Source: Eledone cirrhosa (taxonomy: Eukaryota). From it: a stretch of DNA of 64,000 nt. This document shows positions 14,455 through 26,352 of this stretch, piece by piece. A model generated the notes under the pieces. It saw only the letters and a list, made by a program, of their open reading frames with translations, made no database searches and had not been told where the DNA came from. The translations under genes and the position numbers were made by a program. The stretch covers positions 170,934,001 through 170,998,000 of the forward strand of contig OZ024741.1 of assembly GCA_964016885.1 (NCBI GenBank), given 5' to 3'. Position 1 is the first letter of the stretch. The number at the start of each line of letters is the position of its first letter.

Positions 14455-14757
14455 ACACTATTAATAATTATTAATGCACTCGTGCAATGCCTGTGCGTGA
14501 CGAATATTTTTAAAGTGAGGAAAGACTGTGCACTGAACCAATCCCACTCTCTGAGCGACAGTAGCTATAACCCGAAAAGAAGAAAAGATCAACATCATCG
14601 GTAACTACTGAGCCGCAGGTTTTATATCGGAGTTAACCCAGTTTCCTGAGATGCCTTCTCCTAGAAGAATACCCTGACATGGGCTAGGGGTTCTTCACTC
14701 CCAGTGGTTTAACTGCGCGATCGGGCATCCAGCCCGATTATTTCTATGTCCCCGCGC
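10311..14757 (-). mobile_element. Near full-length RTE/BovB-clade LINE
   Basis: 5'UTR motif CTAGGAGAAGG..ACTCCGATATAAAACC; intact ORF; 3' terminus GGCCATACTCGATAACGAGGGGGCAGCCATCAT followed by (GTAT)n. 5' boundary uncertain. Confidence 0.88.
10825..14370 (-). CDS. RTE-clade polyprotein, 1181 aa: APE endonuclease, reverse transcriptase, three C-terminal C2H2 zinc fingers
   Basis: Uninterrupted ORF with WNVRTL, ALSETR, GDFNARVG, LDYVLV, TDHRLV (APE); YRGISLLS, QSGFR, FVDLTKAFD, GLKQGD, LLYADD, YLGS (RT); three C2H2 motifs. Confidence 0.96.
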   Translation of the reverse strand: MMFQNNVNEIIANLGSGTKRIIGNKGRGPKLSQPGPARHRAIVIEPNRAFSLGCWNVRTLLDRDSLERPERRTALVAKELRRYDLDIVALSETRLAGDGHLTEFCGEYTFFWKGRDEGTRREAGVGFAVKTVLVNKLEEFPVGISERLMSMRVPLDKGRYATLVSVYAPTMNSVDEEKLSFYHALKGVLRNIPQADKVIVLGDFNARVGRDFNTWNVIGRHGVGKCNSNGMLLLQMCEELDLCVTNTMFQQKNKFKTTWMHPASKEWHLLDYVLVRMRDRQDVQCVRVIRGAECWTDHRLVRAKVNLITKRKIRAPGVTLPKRLNAARLKDKNVKRTLEEEMQAADLGEDWPTLKKSVYDVGRRVLGLVQRKHQDWFNEKDVHIDDLLADKRRALSRYLTAKPQERNTLHEELRDVKSRVRRSLSQMKDQWWSEKAGEIQTASDCNNTKLLYSLLREVYGPSSSLVTPIRSRDGKELLRDSQGILRRWREHFDDLLNQPSVVSEDFLNLIPESPVKVALAEPPTLVEVAVAISKLNSGRSPGMDGIHAELLQYGGERLLQHLHSLFGRIWANESVPEDWRDAVMVVLYKGKGNRNDCGNYRGISLLSVVGKVLCRVLLDRLLTHIADCVLPESQSGFRVGRGTTDMIFSARQLQEKCIEQGLDLYQVFVDLTKAFDTVNRDALWKVLQKLGCPDKFLALVRSFHDDMKAWVNVGGNMSEPISVKNGLKQGDIPAPTLFAIYFAMVFCIAFRNCEHGVYIRYRTSGSIFNIRRFAAKTKVFTSVIRDLLYADDCDLVAHTESDMQHILNVFSDACTALGLTVSLKKTVVMYQPAPGRQYTEPNIYVYGKRLGVVDQFVYLGSTVNRYGNLDSEISLRIRKASDAFGKLERRLWGRRDICRRTKVRVYRACVLSCLLYACETWVTYRRHLKQLERFHQMCLRRIHGVHWRDHISDVEILESSMCDSIEALVLKQRLRWSGHLARMKDSRIPKQLFYGELVKGKRPPHKPKKRYKDSLKASLKDANISADTWENIAADRSKWRKTVYEGKVAFEASRIAHEKVRRDVRKGIAVALPDGEGPPMFLTCSVCARLCLSKAGLESHLRSHKVRPVVDYQAAVGDATHHACQTCGRECKSAGGLKRHAKVHELQPQPTIPSKCFGCRLCARHFRSLAGLKSHIRSQHC

Positions 14758-15015
14758 AAAAAAAAAAAAAAAAAAAAAAAAAATTACTTATTGACACTTA
14801 TACGTACGACATACACACACACGCATACATATGCGTGCACACAGCAACACTCACACACACAACAAACACACACACACGCTACTCTACTCACTTACACGCA
14901 CACACACACATATATATATATATATATTACCGTCATTACTGATACAAGATTACCAGATTATGTCAACTGTTGACTTTCAAGAGTTTGTATAGTTTGTATA
15001 GTTTGTATACATACA

Positions 15016-15046
<31 letters not shown>

Positions 15047-15202
15047 TTTTGCATAGAAACTACAGCCTCATTGTTAGGAAGACGAATCTTTCCAGAAGCG
15101 AAATAAATCTATTATAAGTATTTTCTTACCAATTTTTTTTTTGAAAATTGATATGGATTTCACTTTGAATTACGGTGGTCATCAATAAATTTGAACCAAC
15201 TT

Positions 15203-15312
<110 letters not shown>

Positions 15313-15425
15313 TACGTATATAAGAATGCTTATATTAATTGATTCCTCGCTACATTATTTAGAATATATTGATATGTTAATAGACATGCAAATATATGTT
15401 TATATAGATGAATATAGTTGTGTGA

Positions 15426-16075
<650 letters not shown>

Positions 16076-16160
16076 GTGTCTATCATTATTATCATATTTA
16101 TCTTAAGCTATATTCCAGATGTCAACAGACGCATTCACATACAGACACATTCACATACAG

Positions 16161-16249
<89 letters not shown>

Positions 16250-16286
16250 TATACATACACATACATATATATATATATACATATAT

Positions 16287-16357
<71 letters not shown>

Positions 16358-16404
16358 TATACACATACACACACACGCACACACAGATATATATGTATAT
16401 ATAT

Positions 16405-16475
<71 letters not shown>

Positions 16476-16541
16476 GAAGAGAGAAGAAACATTTAGATAT
16501 AATTAGTAATAAAATGTATCATACCTAAACTGCTCCTAGAT

Positions 16542-16631
16542 TCCTCGACTACGTAGTTTCGTGGCATAAACAAAAACAATACATCATAAAGATATAGAGT
16601 CCTTGCGAGGTCTGCCGACTTATCAAGAGGA
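16542..16631 (-). ncRNA. Type I hammerhead ribozyme, family C, U3-A8 core variant
   Basis: TCCTC TTGATAA GTCGGCA..TGCCAC GAAA CTACGTAG TC GAGGA: GUC site and palindromic stem III. Confidence 0.72.
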
Positions 16632-17134
16632 TACCTCATTTTACTAGTCTCAAGAACGCGTCTACACGACGTGAGAAAGAATCCCAAAAGGCGGAGGGGG
16701 AGATAGTCACGCGATATAACGGTCGAGAAACAGAGCTAAGCCTCTTATAACCCCGAAGAAAATACTACGAAGGCGGAGGGGGTATTTATATCGAAGCCGC
16801 AGAAGAGGTGGTGAAGGGGGCGAGAAGTATGAGTAATTGAAGCTTTCCAGCAGTCTCTACACTTCAAAGATTGCTCGACCAGAGGGAGTTATTAACAATA
16901 TATTTAGAAACACACAGATACATGCGGACACACACATATACATGAATGCATCCGCACCCAACCGTGAGTTAAGGGTGCCAACTTCACCGATGTTGCTCAA
17001 TGAATGACTGGGACAGACCAATCCGGTTGAACTAGACTGAACCAGTATCAGAGTTAAAAATACATTATGAAGAGAGAAGAAACATTTAGATATAATTAGT
17101 AATAAAATGTATCATACCTAAACTGCTCCTAGAT

Positions 17135-17224
17135 TCCTCGACTACGTAGTTTCGTGGCATAAACAAAAACAATACATCATAAAGATATAGAGTCATTGCG
17201 AGGTCTGCCGACTTATCAAGAGGA
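17135..17224 (-). ncRNA. Type I hammerhead ribozyme, family C, second copy
   Basis: Same core and stems as 16542-16631; one substitution in loop II. Confidence 0.72.
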
Positions 17225-17426
17225 TACCTCATTTTACTAGTCTCAAGAACGCGTCTACACGACGTGAGAAAGAATCCCAAAAGGCGGAGGGGGAGATAGT
17301 CACGCGATATAACGGTCGAGAAACAGAGCTAAGCCTCTTATAACCCCGAAGAAAATACCACGAAGGCGGAGGGGGTATTTATATCAAAGCCGCAGAAGAG
17401 GTGGTGAAGGAGGCGAGAAGTATGAG

Positions 17427-18420
<994 letters not shown>

Positions 18421-18971
18421 ATACACAAACATGTCCATATGCAGGTACATGTGAACGCACGTACACACAGCGATACGCATACAAACGAACGGCCACTCAT
18501 ACAAATACATACAAACATGTACTCATAAATATACACATATACACAGGCACACAAAGACAGCTCTACAAGCAGAAAATGCAGATAGGTAAGAGGTACTGAC
18601 ATAACCATAGTGCTGTGTTTCAGGTTGAGGAGGATTAGGGGTAGGGTGGGAAGGAGGTAGAGGGGCTATTTTGGGGGGGGAAGTCGTTTTTAGCCATTGG
18701 GCATTAACACTTGCTTAAGATATTTGAAAGTGGCTAAGTTTTTCTTCCTAATGTATATATATATATATTACAGATATGTAGGAGGTGAGTTTTATTGTAG
18801 TACAATAAAGCAATGCAGATATCGGATAAGAAGCACTCTACAGTTTGTAGGACTGGAGTATACATAATATATAAGATCAAAAGATGGTTAAAAGAGTTCC
18901 ATGTATTTTATTATGCGCATTTAAAACTGCACTATTCACAAGTGTTTTTTAACCTTCATATCATGTCTTCC

Positions 18972-19042
18972 TATTTTATCTGATGAAAACACAAATATTA
19001 TGGCATGATGATATTTGTTTTTGAAATGCGCATAATAAAATA
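18972..19042 (+). ncRNA. Type I hammerhead ribozyme, family A, diverged third copy
   Basis: TATTTTAT CTGATGA AAACACAAATAT..ATATTTGTTTTT GAAA TGCGCA TA ATAAAATA. Stem II sequence differs from 4625 but still pairs. An inverted partial copy lies at 18866-18925. Confidence 0.7.
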
Positions 19043-19434
19043 CATGGAACTCTTTTAACCATCTTTTGATCTTATATATATTACAGATATATATATAGAT
19101 CACAGATAACTCCCCAAAATAGTATCCTGCTATAGGAATAATCAATAACGATCTACACAGTGTGGTTCGATATATAGTTCTTTTTTTAAGACACCTGAAA
19201 TATAGGCATTGTTAGCTTAAGAGAAACTTAAAAATAGGGAGTGTCACCCCATTCCGAACTTGTTTATAGAATTCTTTCTGCCTTTGTCACTCTAAATATA
19301 AATTATAGCCTTAAAGAATTAGCTTTTAATGAATTCCCTTTTCTTTCAACCAATGACCTCCACCCATCCCACTCCCCACCCTCTCCTACCACCTGAAAAG
19401 ATATAAATACCACAAAATTTATTTTTGGAAAGCC

Positions 19435-19485
19435 AGATTCCTGATGATTTCTAAAGAATGAAACAGTTGTAGTCCTGTAGAATCT
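19435..19485 (+). ncRNA. Type I hammerhead ribozyme, family B
   Basis: AGATTC CTGATGA T TTC TAAA GAA T GAAA CAG TTGTAGTC CTG TA GAATCT. Confidence 0.68.
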
Positions 19486-19511
19486 CATCTATATATATAT
19501 ATATATATATA

Positions 19512-19718
19512 AGGGTAGTAGAGTGGGTAATAGGAACGGGTAGGACCCCGGCGGGTAGGACCCCGACGGCTGAGCTCAAGCCGTTTCGACGGCTAATTCT
19601 GGACTAAAACAAAAATATTTTTTAAAAAATTTTTTCTTTAGTCCAGAATTAGCCGTCGAAACGGCTTGAGCTCAGCCGTCGGGGTCCTACCCGTTCCTAT
19701 TACCCACTCTACTACCCT
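19512..19718. repeat. Near-perfect ~200-bp palindrome with GC-rich arms
   Basis: Arms are exact reverse complements apart from a ~14-bp duplication in the left arm. AT-rich loop at ~19609-19637. Confidence 0.93.
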
Positions 19719-19829
19719 AAGTATTGAGTACTTTGGTGCGTTATGGTCCACCTGGTTCCTTACCACATTTCCTTCGTTATATATATATATATATACACAT
19801 TGTTACAATATTGCCAGAAATAATACACA

Positions 19830-19974
<145 letters not shown>

Positions 19975-20434
19975 ATATATACATATATTTATATATACGT
20001 ACTTACACAATTCAAAACGAGATTTCATTGTAAAATTTTGCAAATAAACACATCCATAATGTGTTGCAATATTCTCCATTTTAAAACCTTTATTTAATGA
20101 ATTTTACCTATCTTTTTATTTTCTTCCTAATGTATATATATATATATATATATTACAGATATTTTAGCAGATCACAGATAATTCCCCAAAATAGTATCTT
20201 GCTATAGGAATAATCAATAACGGTCTACACAGTGTTCGACATATAGTTCTTATTTTAAGACGCTTATATTAATTCTTATGTTATATAATGCGTCTTTTGA
20301 TATTGGGTTCTATATCACATCCAATTTTACTTTGTATATTTTCTAAGGCATATCTATAAATATAGATATATGTCCTTGGGAATATTAAATGCACATATAT
20401 ATATTTAAGTATAGCTAGCTATCTATCTCTATCT

Positions 20435-23400
20435 CGGATTCTGTCTAACACGTGGAAAACGCGCCGGTGAGTAAATGTTTTAATTTCATTGGAAATTGCA
20501 TGAACTGAATCTACATTCTTACACCATTTTGTAGATAAGCTGCCACCCTACACTTTGTAGGTGGTAGCAACCCCAAATAATAAGCCCATCAGGGCGAAAA
20601 ACGGAGATATTCCACAACATTTCTACCGGAATTTTGAATATAGCCAAAATGGCCAAATTCTTTGACCTCATCTTCACAAAAAACACATCAGAGAATTGAG
20701 GAGATGGGCTGTTAATATCACCTTCCACAGCACTAGTAGCAGCTGAAGGCTGCCTGCCTGCTGTTATCACCAACAACAACAACACTAACAACAACGGCAA
20801 CAAAAACACCAACAACATCAAATCTGTCAGCCAACAATTAGACAGAGGTGGTGGAGGGACGGTAAAACTGTCAAGCCAAGAAGCAGCTCGCACCGACCCA
20901 TTGAAACACTTCGATATGTTTAAAACACACCCTGACAACAACACCAGCACCACCAACACGAAAATTGTGAATGGCACAAACCAAAACAACGCCATTAACA
21001 ACAACAGTGACAACGAGAACAAGAAGAACAACAACGACAACAAAACCACAACCAACAACAACAACAACACCAACAACGGAAAAAACGAAAACAACATCAA
21101 CAATAAGAACAATAATAACAACAACAAGACCAATAACTGCAACAAGGAAGTAAACGACAAAATATCATTTGCGCAAACCGTAAAGGAAACGGTAAGCTAC
21201 ACTCCGGTAGATATTTCAAATGCAAATGAGCTTTTGAATAACGCAGACAATATGTAACTTTTGGGGAGACAGATCACTCTCCATAAACTCTCCTCCAGAT
21301 TTACGAAGAGAAGCTGCCTTGAAAACTGTGATTTTCAGGACAATCTCAAACAAAACACGAAAACCGACTCAACTTTCACAAGGCGAAATTGAGTTGGTTT
21401 TAAAAAACGCCTTAAAAGACATTGCTTTTATTCAGAAGGGTAGACTCGACGGGAGTTTATCCATTCTAATGAAAGATCAATTGACGGCACATAAACATTC
21501 TGTGTCGCCAATTGTGTCACCGCTGTTCACATTTTCCCCCACTTACATGGGGAAAAGGACACAGAAAATAAAAATCCAAAGTATCACACCAAATATTGAC
21601 ATTTGGTGGGTACTATGTGGATTTTTAAACCACGAAACATACTATATAATATCGGTAGGTAAGTCCTCCGGCGACCTGTTCAGCGGAACTAGCCTGGAAG
21701 TTCTGGTCCAAATGACACAATAACGAATAGCTAGGATCCCGGAACGTGTGTTGCTTGATGGGCTTATATACATAAACATTTCGGTCGAGGGTAGGGGCCC
21801 TCATGTTACCACTGCTCAAGAAGGGATCACCTGAGAGCTTTCTGTCCTCGGTTAACTAGCCAAAAAAAGGCACTACTGCAAACACCTGCAACACCAGCAC
21901 AACATTCACCACCACCACAACAACAACAACAACATAAAAAAATAGTGACAACAAAACAAACGACAAACACAGTCCCACCCAACCCCTCCCCACCTAAAAC
22001 AACTCCAGAAACAACCACACACATAACAGCTCCCCAAAACGTACCCCTCCCCAACAACACGGATGGGGCCTCATCATCGTCACTCATTGACGATGAGGGA
22101 GTGCCTTTGCGACCAGTAAAAAGAAAAAAGAAAAGACATAACACAAACAAAAATGCAACAAACACACAAACACCAACACAAGCGACGCAAACAGGATAAA
22201 CAAAAACACCCCTCCTGAAAACAAAACACCTACTACAAAACGTAAACACATACAAGAACCACAGACAAAAAGCAACCCAACACAACAAATATGTTACACC
22301 TACATAAATACTAACAATAAAACTTTAACAGACACCATATATAAAAACCCTTCGGTGGAGACCGAAGGGAAAACTTTTACACACTCTTCGGAGGATCCTA
22401 ATCTTAAAATGATTAGGCCATCCATGGACGCACATAAACAGTTAAAAGAAAAATTTCCTAACGATGTAGGTAACCCCTGCGTCAAACGCTAAAATCGAGT
22501 CCTGTTTAAATGTTTCCCCACCCCACCCCCACCCCACCAGACACCCCTCCCCTCCCCTCCAGAGACCACCACCCCGCCAATTAACCCCTCCAACACCCCC
22601 ATGGAAATTGTACAGCCTGGTCCCCCAGGAAACAAAGAGGTGAGTGATTTCTTTTCCTCTTCTGTTAACTTTTCAGCACCAACATGGCCAATATAAGAGT
22701 TGGATGTGTGAATGAACGCGGCCTGGGGATGCCCTGGAAACAGAGCAAACTCTTAAACGACCTCAGGTCGCACAGCATGGATGTAGTAGCCATTTGCAAG
22801 TCCAGGATCCACAGCGAGCGACAACTGGCCCCCATCTTCGACGACTTTGAGATCTACGCATCTCTCTGTCAGCCGGGAGGGGGGGGTGCTGTTCTGCTGC
22901 GGAAACACCTGGATCTCGTAACACAGACGGTACATCTGGGCCCGGACAGTCGACTGGTGGTCCTAGACGTTGACGGTAGTGAAGGTGGAGCCTTCAGGCT
23001 GGTGGCCGCATATGCCCCATCCGGGAAACCGCGGTCAGACTTCTTCAAACGTCTAGAGACTTTTCTGGGAACGTCCCGCTCCCTGCTGTTAGTGGAGGAC
23101 TGGAATGGAATCCTAGATGCACGTTCGGACTATGTGGGAGCATGTCCCGATAGAGGGGGGTGTAACAGCCTCAAACAGTTAATCGGCCGATTCGACCTGG
23201 CCGATAGATATCGACTAGATTTTCCGACTGTGCCACTGTGGACGTGGACTAATCTTAGCGGAACATATAGATCGTACCTAGATAGGGTTCTAGTTAGAAA
23301 GAAGGATAGGGACATGTTAAGCTGTCCACAAATGTTAATGGTTGCCTATTCAGATCACAAATTAGTGACCTGCTTAGTCAACCTTGACAAAACCCATGGA

Positions 23401-26333
23401 CCGGCTACTGGAAGCTGAACTTGTCGTTACCGAGATGCAAAGCCTACAGTAGACAGATTAACACTTTAGTTAAGCAGCACTTGACAGGGGCCATTGTCAA
23501 CAACAGATGGTGGTACTCAAGAGAGCAGTTAGATTAGAATCGATAGGTTTTAGTAAAGAATTAGTGTTAGACAGAAATAAGACCGAAAAGGAACTGGTAG
23601 ATAAAGTAGAAAAGGCACTTAGGAGCGGCAACGTAGCCAGAGTGCTAGCGACGAGAACGGCTTTGGAGCAGTTCTTCGACGCAAAGCATGAAGGCTGCGT
23701 TGTCAGAAGCAAAATACGTGCTCTGGGAAACGAAGGAGCCAAAGCTGTTAGCGGAGCCCGAGTGACGGAGGCGAAAAGTGGCAACAAGTCCATGATTCGG
23801 TCTTTGAAGGACCAAGACGGACGCGTGATGCGTGAACCGAAGCAAATACGTGCGACCTTTCAGCGGTACTTTGCTCAACTGCTCGGGCAGGGCGGCGCGC
23901 CGGGAAGGGCTATGGATTTCGGTTCATACCTCGACGGCCTACCGCGTCTCTCGGACAGCGAGGCGAAGTTCTGAGAAAGGCCAATTTCAGCCGTTGGGAT
24001 AGGGGACGCGCTGAGCCAATGCGGCAAACGCAAATCTCCAGGTCTCGACGATCAACCCTACGAATTTTACGTAGCAATGCCGGACTTGTTCTCCGGTCTC
24101 CTGGAAGCGGTCTACTGTAACTGGCAGTAGAACGGGAGAATTCCCAGTTCTGTGACCAAGGGCGTATTCACGTTAGTCAGGAAGGACGAGAACAAGGAGG
24201 ATGACATAGGCAACTTCCGGCCCATAACTCTGCTCAACACAGAGTTACAGATTTTGGCCAAGGTGTCGGCAAAGAGGCTGGCGCTTGCCGTCGAAAACCT
24301 GGTGGGAGAATCGCAGACATGCGCAATCCCGACCAGGTCCATACACGACAACCTCCACCTCATGCGATACATCATAGAGAGGGTAGGGTGTAAACCCAGC
24401 TTCGGTGGGGCCCTGATCAACTTGGATCAGTCTAAGGCTTTCGATAGTGTTGACCATCGTTACCTGGATGCGGTGCTCGAGGCGGCAGGCTTCGGTCCCG
24501 TGTTTAGGGGCTGGATTTCTGCAATGCACAACAGCAACATCTGCTCAAGGGTCAAGGTGAACGGCTACCTCTCGGAGCCGTTCCATATCACGCGATCCAT
24601 CCGACAGAGATGCCCTCTCTCCTCCCTCCTGTACGTAGTGACTCTCGAGCCACTACTGCGGAAGTTGGAGCTATTGCAGCGCATCCCTTTGGAACCGGGA
24701 CTGCGAAAAGCGGCGTCAGCCTACGCCGACGACGTGACAATAATTGTGTCGAGCACCTCGCAATCGGGGAGATCGGCACCTTACCGGAGGAATACGAAAG
24801 TTTCACAGGAGCGAAGCTGAGCCGGGACAAAAAAGTCGGTTTGCAACTCGGAACGTGGAGAGTCAAACCAATGCCTTCCGATGACGTCGTCGGTCGCTGG
24901 ACGGAAGGACCGGTAAAGCTGCTCGGGGTCTGGTTTGGTCCTGACCTCCAGGTGGAGAAGAACTGGAACGAGGTGACGGCCAAGGTGTTTGCGCTCACCC
25001 AGAAGTGGGCCGAGTGCAAACTATCCTTGAAAGGTCGAGCGGAGGTGGCGAACACTTTTATAGCGTCCGTCATCTACTACCACTTGACCGTTGTGCCTTG
25101 ACCAGCCAAAACGCTCACCAAAATGGAGCGTGCGCTCTTCCAATTCCTTTGGAAGAAACGGGCTCCTTTGGTGAGAATATCCATCTCCTGCCAACACCCT
25201 TCAAACGGAGGGCTGGGGATGCCGTGGCTGACGATGCGCAAACACGCGCTCAGGCTGCGGCACCTCCACGTATTCCTCACCAGACAACCAGGTGTGGGAC
25301 CCGTTCGTGAGGCGAGCCTTCCCACGACTCGTCTCGCTGACCGAGCTGCAGACCTGGGTCAAGCAAAGACCGAGGAAAATGGGCGACTGCCATATCGAAT
25401 GTGCTCAGGCGCTCACAGTCCTCTGGCAAACGGACCCGGCGATCAGTGGAGACTCCACTTCGACATTCTATAGAGGGTTGGTCCGCAGCAAGTGCGACGA
25501 CCCGCTCGGAGAAACTCTAGGCGTAGTGGACGAACTGACCATTCTGTTCAGTAGGACCTTCCCCCTGGGACCAATGGACAACTTCCAAAAGTCCCTGGCC
25601 TGGCAGTGCTAGCGAGGAGCTCTACCAGTTCGAGACATGCTCTACAGACACGGGCGCCCGGGTAGAGCCCCTTCGAAAAAGATATGTCGCAGATGCGTGC
25701 GCGACGAGGAAACCGTCGCACACGCATTTGTACACTGTCCGGTCGTTACCGACCTGTGGGGCTATGTAGAACGACTATTGTCGCGGGTGGGACCAATCCA
25801 GTTAACCACCGAGTCCATTGTCATGATCAAACCGCCACCCTACTTCAAAAACGAGGGAGAGGCGGTTTTCCTATGTGTTATGGCTATGGTGAAAGAGGTT
25901 ATATGGTGGACGAGGTTAAAAGTGCTGAAGTCAGACACCTTTCTCTCCGGCGAGCAACTGATTTGTTTTTTCAAATATCATTTTGGAAGAAGAATCAGGA
26001 TGGAGAGAGAGGTGCTCTGTACCCCAGCAAATTTTATAAAAGGTGGGTGAATGTGGCAAAGATGGCCCGAGTGGTTGGGCCTTCTCTCTATTTAAGCCTA
26101 TAGGTTGTGGAAAAAAAGGAAGAGAGGAAGGGAGTACTCACTCTTGGTGCTCCTGGAGATGAGGGTTGTACATTTTTTCGGGGTGTGTACAACCCCTGTG
26201 TAACACCTCCCCCTATCGGGGATTTCAATTGTTTTTTGTTATTGTATTAATAGTTTTATTTTCATATACCTGTATGTAAACTCCCCATTTGTATTTGTCC
26301 CCTTCTTTTGTGCCCTTGTGGCTAATAAAGAAA
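20435..26333 (+). mobile_element. Full-length, inactivated Tx1/L1-clade LINE (copy 1)
   Basis: 5'UTR; ORF1 from ATG 20649 (Asn-rich, CYHCSRRDHLRAFC knuckle); ORF2 from ATG 22684; AATAAA at 26324; (ATCT)n on both flanks. Confidence 0.9.
22684..26103 (+). pseudogene. Tx1 ORF2 (APE, RT, C-terminal zinc finger) with stops and frameshifts
   Basis: VGCVNERGL, YLDRVLV, YSDHKLV, FRPITLLNTE, LDQSKAFD, AYADDVT, LLGVWF, GGLGMP, CRRC..ETVAHAFVHC. Confidence 0.92.
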
Positions 26334-26352
26334 TTTATCTATCTATCTATCT

